Position numbers and translations under genes: made by a program. The notes under the pieces were generated by a model. It did no database searches. It saw only the letters and a list, made by a program, of their open reading frames with translations, and was not told the DNA's origin. DNA of 64,000 bases from Halobacteroidaceae bacterium (GTDB lineage: Bacteria; Bacillota; Halanaerobiia; B1SED10-174): contig PWGV01000093.1 of the NCBI GenBank assembly GCA_003554585.1, positions 1,043 to 65,042 on the forward strand. The letters run 5' to 3'. Positions 40,796 through 50,472 of this stretch are shown in pieces (position 1 is the stretch's first letter; each line of letters starts with the position of its first letter).

Positions 40796-41875
40796 TTAGC
40801 TGTAAATCTGGGGTTCTTCACACCCCTGCAATACCCGGAGCGCGCCCTTCCAGAGCGCTTCCATTTCCTTCTCCCCGGGTTTAATTACCACAGGAGCAAT
40901 ATACTTAATCCTTTCCTCAATCAATTTAACCAGTGGAGGTGATTTGGCCATTCCTCCGGTCAGGATTACAGCGTCAACTTCACCCCAGTTTGCCGGAGCA
41001 AGACTTCCAATCTCTTTTGCTATCTGGTAGGCCATGGCTTCAAATACTTCCTCTGCTTTTTTATCCCCGTTTTCAATGTCCTTTTCAATCTGGACCAGGT
41101 CATTTTTTCCAAGGTAGGCAACCAGGCCACCCTGTCCTTTGATTCTTTTCTTAATAAAATCCTGGGAATATTTTTCCGAGAAACAGAGTTTGACCAGATC
41201 ACCGACAGGCAAACCTCCGGACCGTTCGGGAGAAAATGGTCCTTCTCCATCCAGGGCGTTATTTACATCCACAACTTTTCCCTTCCGGTGGAGACCAACA
41301 GAAACGCCTCCACCCATATGGGTTATGATAAAGTTGGCTTTTTCATATTCAGTACCCATTTCTTCGGCAACATCCCGGGCTACAGCTTTCTGGTTTAAAG
41401 CATGGAAAATGCTGCGCCTTTCTATTTCCGGCATCCCCGAAAATTTGGCGATTTCATCCATTTCGTCAACGATAACCGGGTCAACTATAAAAGCGGGGCA
41501 TCCTAACTGCTGTCCCATCTGGTAGGCCAGAATTCCCGCCAGATTGCTGGCATGTTCGCCCTGAACGCCAGCTTTTAAGTCTTCAACTATTTTCTCGTTA
41601 ACTTCCCAGGTTCCGCCGGGAATGGGCTTTAAAAGCCCACCCCGGGCAGATATAGCATCAATATCCTCTACTGCAAAGCCCCTTTTCTCCAGGGTTTCCA
41701 GGATAACCTTCCTCCGGAAGTTTTCCTGGTCAGCTATTCTCTTGTAATCTTTCAGTTCATCACTGGAGTGCCGAACAGTTTCGTCCAGGACACACTCCTG
41801 TCCCTGGTAAAAAGCAAGCTTGGTTGAGGTTGATCCAGGATTGAGAACCAGGATCTTATAATCCATATTTCCCAC
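40796..41875 (-). CDS. buk: butyrate / branched-chain carboxylate kinase
   Basis: NPGSTSTK, RGGLLKP, HASNL, HALNQKA, HMGGG, PFSPER, LTGG. Confidence 0.95.
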   Translation of the reverse strand: MGNMDYKILVLNPGSTSTKLAFYQGQECVLDETVRHSSDELKDYKRIADQENFRRKVILETLEKRGFAVEDIDAISARGGLLKPIPGGTWEVNEKIVEDLKAGVQGEHASNLAGILAYQMGQQLGCPAFIVDPVIVDEMDEIAKFSGMPEIERRSIFHALNQKAVARDVAEEMGTEYEKANFIITHMGGGVSVGLHRKGKVVDVNNALDGEGPFSPERSGGLPVGDLVKLCFSEKYSQDFIKKRIKGQGGLVAYLGKNDLVQIEKDIENGDKKAEEVFEAMAYQIAKEIGSLAPANWGEVDAVILTGGMAKSPPLVKLIEERIKYIAPVVIKPGEKEMEALWKGALRVLQGCEEPQIYS

Positions 41876-41877
41876 TC

Positions 41878-42942
41878 CTAGCGCTTAATATAGTTACTGC
41901 GGACTTTGCCCATTTTTTCAATCCGCTCTTCAGCCAGCCGGTCAGCAGCTTTATAGGTCGGAATATTGTCTCTCTCCGCAATTTCAAGAACCATCTTTAC
42001 GCTATCGTAAATTCCTGCTACAGACTGCAGGGCTCTTTCTTTGTTGTATCCTTTAAGTTCATCAGCAACGTTAATCAATCCACCCGCATTGATTACATAG
42101 TCCGGAGCATAGAGAATTCCTTTTTTCTCAAGCTCATCCCCGTGGCGTTCTTCAGCGAGGACGTTGTTGGCACCTCCAGCAATAATCTTACACTTGAGCT
42201 GAGGCAGAGTTTCATCATTTAATACCGCTCCCAGAGCACAGGGGGCAAAGATATCTACATCTACACCGTAAATTTCGTCAGGACCAACGGCTTTTACTCC
42301 AAATTCATCAACAACCTTCTTAACACGGTCTTCGTCAATATCGGTAATAAAAACTTCAGCACCTTCATCTTCGACCAGGTGTTTAACGAGGTAATAACCC
42401 ACGCTCCCTACGCCCTGAACTGCAACTTTTTTGCCCTTCAGGCTGCGGCTGCCATAGACTTTCTCTGCACAGGCCTGCATTCCGTGCCATACTCCGTTGG
42501 CGGTAAAGGGAGAGGGATCTCCACTTGTTCCCATGAGTCCAACAACGTAGTCAGTTTCCATGGAAACAAAATTCATATCCTGAGGAGAAGTACCCACGTC
42601 TTCAGCGGTAATATAGCGGCCGTTTAAGCTTTGAACTGCCCGGCCAAAAGCACGCCACAATTCTTCACTTTTTTCTTTTTTGGGATCTCCAATAACTACC
42701 CCTTTGCCTCCCCCGAGGTTTAACCCTGCAACAGCAGCCTTATAGGTCATGCCTCTTGCCAGACGAAGAACATCTTCGATGGCTTCTTCTTCCTTTTCAT
42801 AAACCCACATCCGGGTTCCGCCAAGGGCAGGGCCCAGGGTTGTATCATGGATACAAATCAGGGCTTTTAAACCAGATGTTTCATCATAATTAAAAACCAG
42901 CTGTTCATAATCATATTTCGCCATGTAATCAAATTTTTTCAT
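41878..42942 (-). CDS. leucine dehydrogenase
   Basis: [51 protein letters not shown]. Confidence 0.93.
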   Translation of the reverse strand: MKKFDYMAKYDYEQLVFNYDETSGLKALICIHDTTLGPALGGTRMWVYEKEEEAIEDVLRLARGMTYKAAVAGLNLGGGKGVVIGDPKKEKSEELWRAFGRAVQSLNGRYITAEDVGTSPQDMNFVSMETDYVVGLMGTSGDPSPFTANGVWHGMQACAEKVYGSRSLKGKKVAVQGVGSVGYYLVKHLVEDEGAEVFITDIDEDRVKKVVDEFGVKAVGPDEIYGVDVDIFAPCALGAVLNDETLPQLKCKIIAGGANNVLAEERHGDELEKKGILYAPDYVINAGGLINVADELKGYNKERALQSVAGIYDSVKMVLEIAERDNIPTYKAADRLAEERIEKMGKVRSNYIKR

Positions 42943-42971
42943 TTCAAGATTCCCTCCTTAAAAATTTTTAA

Positions 42972-43865
42972 CTATATGGCCAGTTTACCCAGGCCGATTG
43001 ATAGGAGTTTGGTCCGGGCGTCATCTGCACGGGAGGTAAGCACTACCGGTACCTTTGCTCCCACCACAATACTTGCCCCCCGGAAACCGCCGAGATAAAG
43101 CATAGCTTTATAAAAAACATTCCCCGCTTCAATATCTGGCATTAGCAAAATATCAGCTTTCCCTGCTACCTGGCTGGTTATGCCTTTGTGTTTTGCGGCT
43201 TCTTCATTAACTGCATTATCCAGAGCTAAAGGACCATCAACAACAACACCTTTTATCTGTCCCCGCTCCGCCATCTTGGATAAAGCCGCGGCGTCTAAAG
43301 TTGCAGGCATATCAGGGTTGACCACTTCAACCGCGGCAAGAGGAGCAACCTTTGGTTTTTCAATTCCCAGCTTATGCGCTACTTCTGCCGCATTGGAAAT
43401 GATCTGAGCTTTCTTTTCCAGGTCAGGAGCAATATTCATGGCCCCATCAGTCATAATTATCAGTCTACTCAAACCAAAGTCCATTACTGAAAGATGGCTT
43501 AAAAGCCTATCCCGACGAAGACCATATTCCTTAGTTAAAAGAGCCCGGAGAAGGGTTGAAGTCCCAATTAAACCTTTCATCAGGAATTCGGCTTCCCCCC
43601 CGGCCACGAGTTCCATGGTTTTTTGGGCAATTTCATCCGGGTCGGAGCAATCAACAATCCAGCCGGGATCAACCTGGAAGTCCGCCTTTTTTCCTGCTTC
43701 AATAATAGCCTCCCTTTCTCCAACAAGGACTGGTTCGATCATTCCACTTTCCTGGGCCTGTTTTACAGCTTCTAAAACCTCGCTATCGGCTGCTGCGGCA
43801 ACTGCCATTTTTGCTTTTGGGCTTGATTGGGCTGCTTGTAAAAGCTCTTCCAAGTTTTTAAACAT
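42972..43865 (-). CDS. ptb: phosphate butyryltransferase / branched-chain acyltransferase
   Basis: LMKGLIGT, LLSH, TDGAMNIAP, DGPLALDNA, PDIEAGN, LTSRAD. Confidence 0.94.
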   Translation of the reverse strand: MFKNLEELLQAAQSSPKAKMAVAAAADSEVLEAVKQAQESGMIEPVLVGEREAIIEAGKKADFQVDPGWIVDCSDPDEIAQKTMELVAGGEAEFLMKGLIGTSTLLRALLTKEYGLRRDRLLSHLSVMDFGLSRLIIMTDGAMNIAPDLEKKAQIISNAAEVAHKLGIEKPKVAPLAAVEVVNPDMPATLDAAALSKMAERGQIKGVVVDGPLALDNAVNEEAAKHKGITSQVAGKADILLMPDIEAGNVFYKAMLYLGGFRGASIVVGAKVPVVLTSRADDARTKLLSIGLGKLAI

Positions 43866-44953
43866 TACTCCACCTCTTCGCCATAATCTTTCGCCTCCTC
43901 TTCTCCTGTAGAGACCCGGTAAGCACCAAGCGCCAGAGCCTCCATCTCCATTGACCCCCGGATCACCCTTACTGGAGCAATGAACTCAACCCTTTTGGAA
44001 ATTCCTTCTGTAAGATAATCCGATTTGGCGATGCCTCCTGTAAGGATTACCTGATCCACTTCTCCTCGGAGAACAGTTGCGGCCATTCCAATTTCCTTGC
44101 TAATCTGGTAAATCATGCCTTCATAGACCTTTTTTGCTTCTTCGTCTCCCTGGGAAATCCGTTTTTCGATTTCCCTGCAATCATTCGTTTCCAGGTAGGC
44201 CAGAAGTCCCCCGCGGCGGGTAATCTTGTTCCGCAATTCCCGGGGAGAATACTTGCCACTGAAGGCCATCTTAACCAGGTCACCAACAGGAAGTCCCCCG
44301 GTTCTTTCCGGAGAATAGGGACCCATTTCGTTGGCATTGTTAACATCCATAATTCGACCTTTTTCCAGGGCCGCTATGGATATACCCCCACCCAGATGGG
44401 CTACCACAGCGTTAAACTCATCCAGTTTTTTCCCCTTTTCCCCGGCAACAATTCGGGCTACCGCCTTGATATTAAGCGCATGTCCCAGGGAACGTCGCTG
44501 GATTTCCGGGATTCCAGAGTAGCGCGCCAGGGGTGTAAATTCATCAACGGAAACCGGATCCGTAATGTAGACCGGGATATTTTCATCTCGACCCAGTTCA
44601 TACCCTATCAAACCTGCCAGATTAGACGGGTGCTGACCCTGCACTCCTACCCGTAAATCTTTGCACATTGCTTCATTTACTACGTAAGTACCGCCGGCGA
44701 GGGGTTTTAATAGGCCACCCCGGGCAGCAACTGCCATAAAATCAGCAGGTTTCCAGCCCTTTTGCTGTAAAAAATCTCGAACTACCTGCACCCGATAATC
44801 CAGCTGATCTGGAATATCGGGAAATTTCTCCATTTCCCCGACAGGATGCTGGATATTCTCATCAAGAATCAGCCCCTGAGCAGCATCCCACACTGCAAGT
44901 TTAGTCGAAGTTGAGCCGGGATTGATTACCAGAATTTTTTCACTCATAACCAA
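43865..44953 (-). CDS. buk: second butyrate / carboxylate kinase paralog
   Basis: NPGSTSTK, RGGLLKP, HPSNL, HALNIKA, HLGGG, PYSPER. Confidence 0.93.
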   Translation of the reverse strand: MVMSEKILVINPGSTSTKLAVWDAAQGLILDENIQHPVGEMEKFPDIPDQLDYRVQVVRDFLQQKGWKPADFMAVAARGGLLKPLAGGTYVVNEAMCKDLRVGVQGQHPSNLAGLIGYELGRDENIPVYITDPVSVDEFTPLARYSGIPEIQRRSLGHALNIKAVARIVAGEKGKKLDEFNAVVAHLGGGISIAALEKGRIMDVNNANEMGPYSPERTGGLPVGDLVKMAFSGKYSPRELRNKITRRGGLLAYLETNDCREIEKRISQGDEEAKKVYEGMIYQISKEIGMAATVLRGEVDQVILTGGIAKSDYLTEGISKRVEFIAPVRVIRGSMEMEALALGAYRVSTGEEEAKDYGEEVE

Positions 44954-44962
44954 AGCCTCCTG

Positions 44963-46045
44963 TTATTTTCCCGAAAAAATCCTTCTAATCTGGTAAACTC
45001 CTTCGATTCGGTTCTCGGCCATCATGTCAGCCGCTTCAAGAGTCGGAATCTTGTTTTCCCGGGCCAGCCGGAATACCTCGAGGAGCATATCGTAGATTCC
45101 ATCGGCTTTCTTAAAAGCTCTTTCCTTGCTGTATTCCTGCTCAGCAGTTTCGTCTGCTACCTGGATCAGGCCACCGGAATTAATTACATAATCCGGAGCA
45201 TAAAGAATCCCTTTCTCTTCAAGAGCTTTTCCGTGTTTTTCTTCATCGGCGAGTACATTATTGGCTGCTCCACCGATAATTTCACAGTTAAAGCGGCCAA
45301 TGGTTTCATCATTTACAACACTACCCAGAGCATTGGGAGAAAAGATATGGCATTCAACATCATATGCCTTTTCCGGATCTACAACTTCAACATCGGAATA
45401 ATCCCTTTTTACTCGCTCCAGATGTTCTTCATTAACGTCACAAACAACAATTTCTGCTCCTTCTTCAGTCAGGTGACCAACAAGTTTGTGACCAACCTTT
45501 CCAACACCCTGCACTACAATTTTTAACCCTTCAAGGCTGTCAGTGCCATACTTTTCTTTGGCGCAGGCTTTAAGGCCCTTCCAGGTTCCGTAAGCTGTAA
45601 TTACTGAGGTGTCTCCGCTTCCACCATATTCTTCGGGCAGAGCACCAACATATTCAGTTTCCCTTCCCATGACAACGAAATCTTCAAAAACAGTCCCAAC
45701 GTCAGTCCCCGTGGAAAAACGACCTTTGAGCCCTTCGATGAAACGGCCCATGGCCCGGAACAGTCTCTCAGATTTATCCTTCTTGGGATCAGCATAAATT
45801 ACAGCTTTGGCTCCTCCAAAATCAACTCCTGCAGCAGCAGATTTGTAAGTCATTCCCTTAGCCAGGCGCAGAGCATCGTAAATTGCCTCATCCTCGTTTT
45901 CGTAATCCCACATCCGGCAGCCCCCCAGCCCCGGACCTAAAACAGTATTGTGGATGGCAATAATTCCCTTCAGTCCTGATTTTTTGTGCTGGCAAAGAAA
46001 CAACTGCTCGTGCCCTTCCTTGGCCATTTCCTTGAATATTTCCAT
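44963..46045 (-). CDS. Glu/Leu/Phe/Val dehydrogenase, phenylalanine-dehydrogenase-like
   Basis: GPGLGGCRM, GMTYKSAAAGVDFGGAK, GRFSTGTDVG, NSGGLIQVADE; these match PheDH rather than LeuDH. Confidence 0.85.
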   Translation of the reverse strand: MEIFKEMAKEGHEQLFLCQHKKSGLKGIIAIHNTVLGPGLGGCRMWDYENEDEAIYDALRLAKGMTYKSAAAGVDFGGAKAVIYADPKKDKSERLFRAMGRFIEGLKGRFSTGTDVGTVFEDFVVMGRETEYVGALPEEYGGSGDTSVITAYGTWKGLKACAKEKYGTDSLEGLKIVVQGVGKVGHKLVGHLTEEGAEIVVCDVNEEHLERVKRDYSDVEVVDPEKAYDVECHIFSPNALGSVVNDETIGRFNCEIIGGAANNVLADEEKHGKALEEKGILYAPDYVINSGGLIQVADETAEQEYSKERAFKKADGIYDMLLEVFRLARENKIPTLEAADMMAENRIEGVYQIRRIFSGK

Positions 46046-46085
46046 TAAATACCCTCCCTCCTGTTTTTCTCATAATTATAATAAA

Positions 46086-46101
46086 AGCAAAACTTGTACC
46101 A
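46086..46101 (-). promoter_or_regulatory. sigma54 promoter for the amino-acid oxidation operon
   Basis: TGGTAC-AAGTT-TTGCT, directly downstream of a BkdR-like activator gene. Confidence 0.8.
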
Positions 46102-46131
46102 AAAAAAGAACCCCGTTCAGGACTGGGGTTC
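46101..46131 (-). terminator. terminator after the bkdR-like gene
   Basis: AGAACCCC..GGGGTTCT followed by a T run. Confidence 0.75.
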
Positions 46132-46145
46132 TCACCAACCCATCC

Positions 46146-46178
46146 TGCAGGCCCCTGCAGTTTTTGCAACTTTTTGCA
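46146..46178. promoter_or_regulatory. putative upstream activator sequences (four TGCA units)
   Basis: TGCA at 46146, 46156, 46165, 46175, spaced 9-10 bp, upstream of the -24 box. Confidence 0.5.
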
Positions 46179-46189
46179 GGAAGTTTTTT

Positions 46190-47764
46190 TCAGTCAAGGT
46201 TGTGTTTTTTCATTTTGTAGTAAAGATTGCGTTCAGAAATCCCCATTTTTTCTGCGGCTTTTTTCCGGTTACCCTCGCTGGTGGAGAGGGCCCTGCGCAA
46301 AACCTCTCTTTCTTTTTTCTGCAGGGCTCCTTTCAGATCCAGTATTCCATCCGCAGAAATCTCTTCCTCTCCGACCTGAATATCAGCAAGTTTGTAAGCC
46401 AGTCCCAAAGCCGGAAAGTGTTGAGCTTCGAGAACTTCGGAATTATAATTAACTTCTATCATTGCTCGCCCAACCACATTCTCCAGCTCGCGAACATTTC
46501 CCGGCCAGTCATATTCCTGCAGGAGTTCCAGCGCTTCCGGAGCACATTTTTTTACCATTCGCCCATATTCCTGGTTAAAGCGCCTGATTAAGTGATTTAC
46601 CAGTTTAGGGATATCAGTTTTCCTTTCCCGTAGAGGGGGAAGATAAATCGGAAAAACATTAAGACGATAATATAAGTCCTCGCGGAAATTCCCTTTTCGA
46701 ACTTCTTCTTCGAGGTTGGCGTTCGTTGCCACAATGACCCTTACGTTAACATTGACGGGGTCAGTACCTCCTACTGGAGTAAATTCTTTCTCCTGGAGCA
46801 CACGCAGGAGTTTAGCCTGCATCTGAAAATCCATCTTGGCGACCTCGTCCAGGAAAATCGACCCATTATTTGCTTCAGCAAATAATCCCTTTTTGCCCCC
46901 AGGGCGGGCTCCGGTGAAAGCCCCTTCCTCGTAACCGAATAATTCGCTTTCAATCAAAGTATCGGGAATAGCTGGGCAGTTAACCCGGATAAACTGGGCC
47001 TTACTCCGGGCGCTTTCATTATGAATCGCGTGCGCAAAAAACTCTTTTCCTGTTCCACTCTCTCCCCTGAGCAAAACTGTAACCGGGGTCTGGGAAGCTT
47101 TTTTAGCCTGTACTATTACTCTTTTTATCCCCGGGCTTGATCCAATAATATCTTCAAAAGCATACTTGGCCCGGAGCCGTCGGAGCATCCAGTTGGCCCG
47201 ATCCAGTTCATCGGATAATTTCTTCAGCTCCGAAATATCATGGATTACTCCCACACTTCCCCGCAACTTTCCGTTTATTATAATCGGGGCAACATTAACA
47301 ATTACATCCCTTTTCTGGGGGCCAACTTTAAGCGGAACTCCGGTTACAGGTTTACCGGTTTGTAAAACCTTGTAGTGCATGCTCTCCCCTTCAGCTATAT
47401 CAACTGTCGCCGGACGACCAATAACGTCTTTCTCGGTAAGTCCAGTAATTCTGGTATAAGCAGGGTTTATTAAAAGTCCCCGTCCGTTTTCATCAACCAC
47501 GGAAATGGCATCCTGGGCGGAATCAATAATTGCCTGGAGCATCTGTAAACTCTCCCCCTGCAGGGGGTCTGAGTTAAGGATGGCAAGAAATTTCTGGAAA
47601 GGGGGCGGCAATTCTGCTTCATTACCTCCCGTTTGGAGTTTAATTACCAGATCATAATTTTTATTTTTTACTTCTTCCCGGTAAACCTCAATACCCCTCA
47701 AAAGCTCAAGTTGCTGGATAAAGCTCTGCCAACCCTGAAGGGATTGGGGTATCAAAACTCTCAT
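46190..47764 (-). CDS. bkdR: sigma54-dependent activator, BkdR-like (PAS-AAA+-HTH)
   Basis: PAS DAISVVDENG..ATVDIAEGESMH, GESGTGKE, GAFTGA, HTH; upstream of the ptb/ldh/buk genes as in the B. subtilis bkd locus. Confidence 0.85.
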   Translation of the reverse strand: MRVLIPQSLQGWQSFIQQLELLRGIEVYREEVKNKNYDLVIKLQTGGNEAELPPPFQKFLAILNSDPLQGESLQMLQAIIDSAQDAISVVDENGRGLLINPAYTRITGLTEKDVIGRPATVDIAEGESMHYKVLQTGKPVTGVPLKVGPQKRDVIVNVAPIIINGKLRGSVGVIHDISELKKLSDELDRANWMLRRLRAKYAFEDIIGSSPGIKRVIVQAKKASQTPVTVLLRGESGTGKEFFAHAIHNESARSKAQFIRVNCPAIPDTLIESELFGYEEGAFTGARPGGKKGLFAEANNGSIFLDEVAKMDFQMQAKLLRVLQEKEFTPVGGTDPVNVNVRVIVATNANLEEEVRKGNFREDLYYRLNVFPIYLPPLRERKTDIPKLVNHLIRRFNQEYGRMVKKCAPEALELLQEYDWPGNVRELENVVGRAMIEVNYNSEVLEAQHFPALGLAYKLADIQVGEEEISADGILDLKGALQKKEREVLRRALSTSEGNRKKAAEKMGISERNLYYKMKKHNLD

Positions 47765-48423
47765 TATTCTTTTCCTCCTACCGCCCAGGGAGGTTGCAGG
47801 TGAATCTCCACAGGTAATATATCCCCGGGAAGGTCAACCTCGGGAATTAAATCAGCCAAAACAGCCGTAAACTTAATTGGTATGCCCTGCTCCCGGGCCA
47901 GGGTTTCAACTCGATTGTAGCCCTCTTCTACTTCCCCCCGAGATGTTTCCGCTCCAAGATTCCCGTTAGCAACAAAATGCGTAACCTCAAGGCGAGAAGC
48001 ATTTTCAATGGCTTCTTTCAATTCGAGCAGGTTCTTTTTATTTGAAGAAAAAGGCCTATAGGGATTAATGACCATAATCAATTCGTAATTTCCCGGGGTG
48101 AGGTATTGGCCCAGGCTACCCAGGACCCTGGCTCCATCATCATCACCCCCTACATCTAAAACCGCTTCCCGTTCCGGGGCCTGAAGAGCTCTGTAGATTT
48201 CGGAGGTAATAATCGGTAGATCGGCCTGAGCCATATCCCTGGGATAAATTAAATCAATTCCCGCCTTTTCTAAGGTTTTTTCTGCTTCTCTAAGCCGAAA
48301 ATACGGTTTTACAATATCAAGATCCACAAGAAAAGGCGGTTTTTCCCTGGAAAGAGCATAGTTAATACTGATTTCGGTTTTTCCACTGCCAAAATTACCC
48401 GCAAAAATTTTAATCCGAGCCAT
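47764..48423 (-). CDS. uncharacterised P-loop ATP-binding protein (MinD/CobQ-like fold)
   Basis: FAGNFGSGKTE Walker A, VDLDIVKPYFRLRE, LDVGGDDDGA; stop overlaps the bkdR start (TAATG). Confidence 0.85.
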   Translation of the reverse strand: MARIKIFAGNFGSGKTEISINYALSREKPPFLVDLDIVKPYFRLREAEKTLEKAGIDLIYPRDMAQADLPIITSEIYRALQAPEREAVLDVGGDDDGARVLGSLGQYLTPGNYELIMVINPYRPFSSNKKNLLELKEAIENASRLEVTHFVANGNLGAETSRGEVEEGYNRVETLAREQGIPIKFTAVLADLIPEVDLPGDILPVEIHLQPPWAVGGKE

Positions 48424-48785
48424 AATTTCTCTCCTTCCCCTTATTAATTTCTATTTCCAGACTGATTTCCCTCTTTAGCAAAACAGCCTTTCCTGTGGGA
48501 AAAACTATTATGGGAAGATTGGGAATTTAAATAAAAAGCGATCCATTTCCTCTAAATTTCCCCTTATTTTAATTAACCCTCTCAAGGTAAAAAACCAGTC
48601 CCCTACTTCTTATTCCCCGATTGCTCAAAAACACAGGTCTTGCAATTTTGCTTAACAATTGCACAGTGTTTTTTTTAATTAATGTCTATATTTATCCTTT
48701 TTTTGCTAAATCAATATAAAAAGAGGATTTCTTTAAGATTTTAGCGAAACGTTTAAAGAACAGTAAAATAAAAAGGAGGATCTTT

Positions 48786-50390
48786 ATGGTGAAAAGAAAA
48801 TCTGTAATAATGTTGTGTCTCGTCTTCCTGCTGGCCCTGGGTTTATCCCTAAACGCCTCGGCCACACGGGTTCCTGAATTTACCATACTCACAACAACTG
48901 AAGGCTATGATCCGATCCGTTTCGAAGCAGCCTTTTTAATTCAGGATGCCTGGGCAGCTCTTGGTATCCAGGTCGATGTTCAGCCCCTGGAATTCAGCAC
49001 CCTGATTGACAGGTTCTACAACGAACAGGACTTTGATATTGCTATTGTCGGTTGGTCGGGCCGGGTTGACCGCCTCGATCCCCAGCATTTCCTGGGAACA
49101 CTCCATTCCGGTCAGACTGATGTCGGTGGGAACAACCCTGGAGGCTATGAAAACGAACGCTACGATGAACTTTTCGAAATGCAGGCCCGGGAATTTGATC
49201 CTGATCAGCGGCGGGAATATGTCCTGGAAATGCAAAAGGTTGCCATGGAAGAACAACCCCTGAGTATTCTTTTCTACAGGGATGAAGTCCTTGCGTACAA
49301 TGTAAATACCTTCGCGGGTTATGTTCCCATGGCCGGAGAGGGCCTCTACACCGAGTGGCTTCCATTTGATGTTTATCCCGTTGGGGACTCCAACACCCTG
49401 ACCATCGGAACCAGCCAGGAACCGGACAATATTAACCCCCTCGATTCAACCACTGTCTGGGGCTGGAAATTCATGCGCCTCTACTACGACAAACTGGTTC
49501 GCTTATCCCCGGATATTGAACCACTTCCCTGGGCAGCAGAATCAGTAGAAGCCTATGACGAACAGACTATCGAAGTTGTTATTCGGGACGACATGCTTTT
49601 CCACGACGGGGAGCCTGTAACTGTAGAAGACGTTAAATTCTCCTACGATTACATGGTGGAACAGGACTTTGCTTACTTCCGTCCCTTCTACGATCCCCTG
49701 GAAGAGGTTATTATTATCGATGACCAGACCCTGCACTTTGTCCTCAAAGAACCTACCTCTTTCTTCATTACAGTAACCCTGAGCCAGATCCCCATCCTTC
49801 CCAAGCACCTCTGGGAAGACATCGAGGAGGCCAATCAGCTCGCCCCTGAAGATGTTCCCACAATTGGTAGCGGCCCCATGAAGTTTGACCGCTACGACCG
49901 CGGGGAATACAAGCGGCTGGTCAAGTTCGAAGATTACTTCTTGGCTGATGAAATTAATATTGAAGCAATTGACTATATCATATACGCTGACGCCGAAGGA
50001 ACCTATACCGGTATGGTCACTGGTGAAGCTGACATGACTGCCTGGAGATTGGAACCCGCTCAAATTAATCTCGCCGAGCAGGAAGATCACCTGGAAGTTG
50101 TCAGTGTTCCCGACTTTGGTTACTACCACATGACCTACAATACCCGCCTGCCCGCACTGGATGATCCTGATTTCCGCCGGGCAATTGCCCACTCCATCCC
50201 CCACGAGACCTTGGTCAATGTTCTCCTGGATGGCCGTGGCGAGCGGGGAACTTCAATAATTGCGCCTGTAAACACCTTCTGGCATAATCCTGACGTTCCC
50301 ATCTTTGAATACAGCCTTGAAACCGCACGGATCCTGCTGGAGCAGGCCGGTTACTGGATAGACGATGACGGCCGGCTTAATCTGCCGTAA
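48786..50390 (+). CDS. family 5 (DppA/OppA-type) extracellular solute-binding protein, circularly permuted
   Basis: Signal peptide ending ASA. The usual C-terminal block (IQDAWAALGIQVDV..NPGGYENERYD..PDQRRE) comes before the usual N-terminal block (TLTIGTSQEPDNINP..FHDGEPVTVEDVKFS..GSGPMK..RRAIAH..ARILLEQAGY). Confidence 0.92.
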   Translation: MVKRKSVIMLCLVFLLALGLSLNASATRVPEFTILTTTEGYDPIRFEAAFLIQDAWAALGIQVDVQPLEFSTLIDRFYNEQDFDIAIVGWSGRVDRLDPQHFLGTLHSGQTDVGGNNPGGYENERYDELFEMQAREFDPDQRREYVLEMQKVAMEEQPLSILFYRDEVLAYNVNTFAGYVPMAGEGLYTEWLPFDVYPVGDSNTLTIGTSQEPDNINPLDSTTVWGWKFMRLYYDKLVRLSPDIEPLPWAAESVEAYDEQTIEVVIRDDMLFHDGEPVTVEDVKFSYDYMVEQDFAYFRPFYDPLEEVIIIDDQTLHFVLKEPTSFFITVTLSQIPILPKHLWEDIEEANQLAPEDVPTIGSGPMKFDRYDRGEYKRLVKFEDYFLADEINIEAIDYIIYADAEGTYTGMVTGEADMTAWRLEPAQINLAEQEDHLEVVSVPDFGYYHMTYNTRLPALDDPDFRRAIAHSIPHETLVNVLLDGRGERGTSIIAPVNTFWHNPDVPIFEYSLETARILLEQAGYWIDDDGRLNLP

Positions 50391-50404
50391 GATTAAAAAC
50401 AAGC

Positions 50405-50428
50405 GGGGAGGGAGGGGACTCCCTCCCC
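50405..50428 (+). terminator. intercistronic stem-loop after the SBP gene
   Basis: GGGGAGGGAG-GGGA-CTCCCTCCCC perfect 10-bp stem with a weak pyrimidine tail. Confidence 0.65.
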
Positions 50429-50472
50429 TCTCTCTTCTATTCCAAATTTAAAATTAGAACCGGAGGGAGCTT

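Noticed and set aside
48424-48785. CodY boxes or insertion-site repeats upstream of the ABC operon
   Set aside because: The AT-rich matches have too many mismatches to AATTTTCWGAAAATT. No direct repeats, integrase or transposase are seen, so mobility is not supported.
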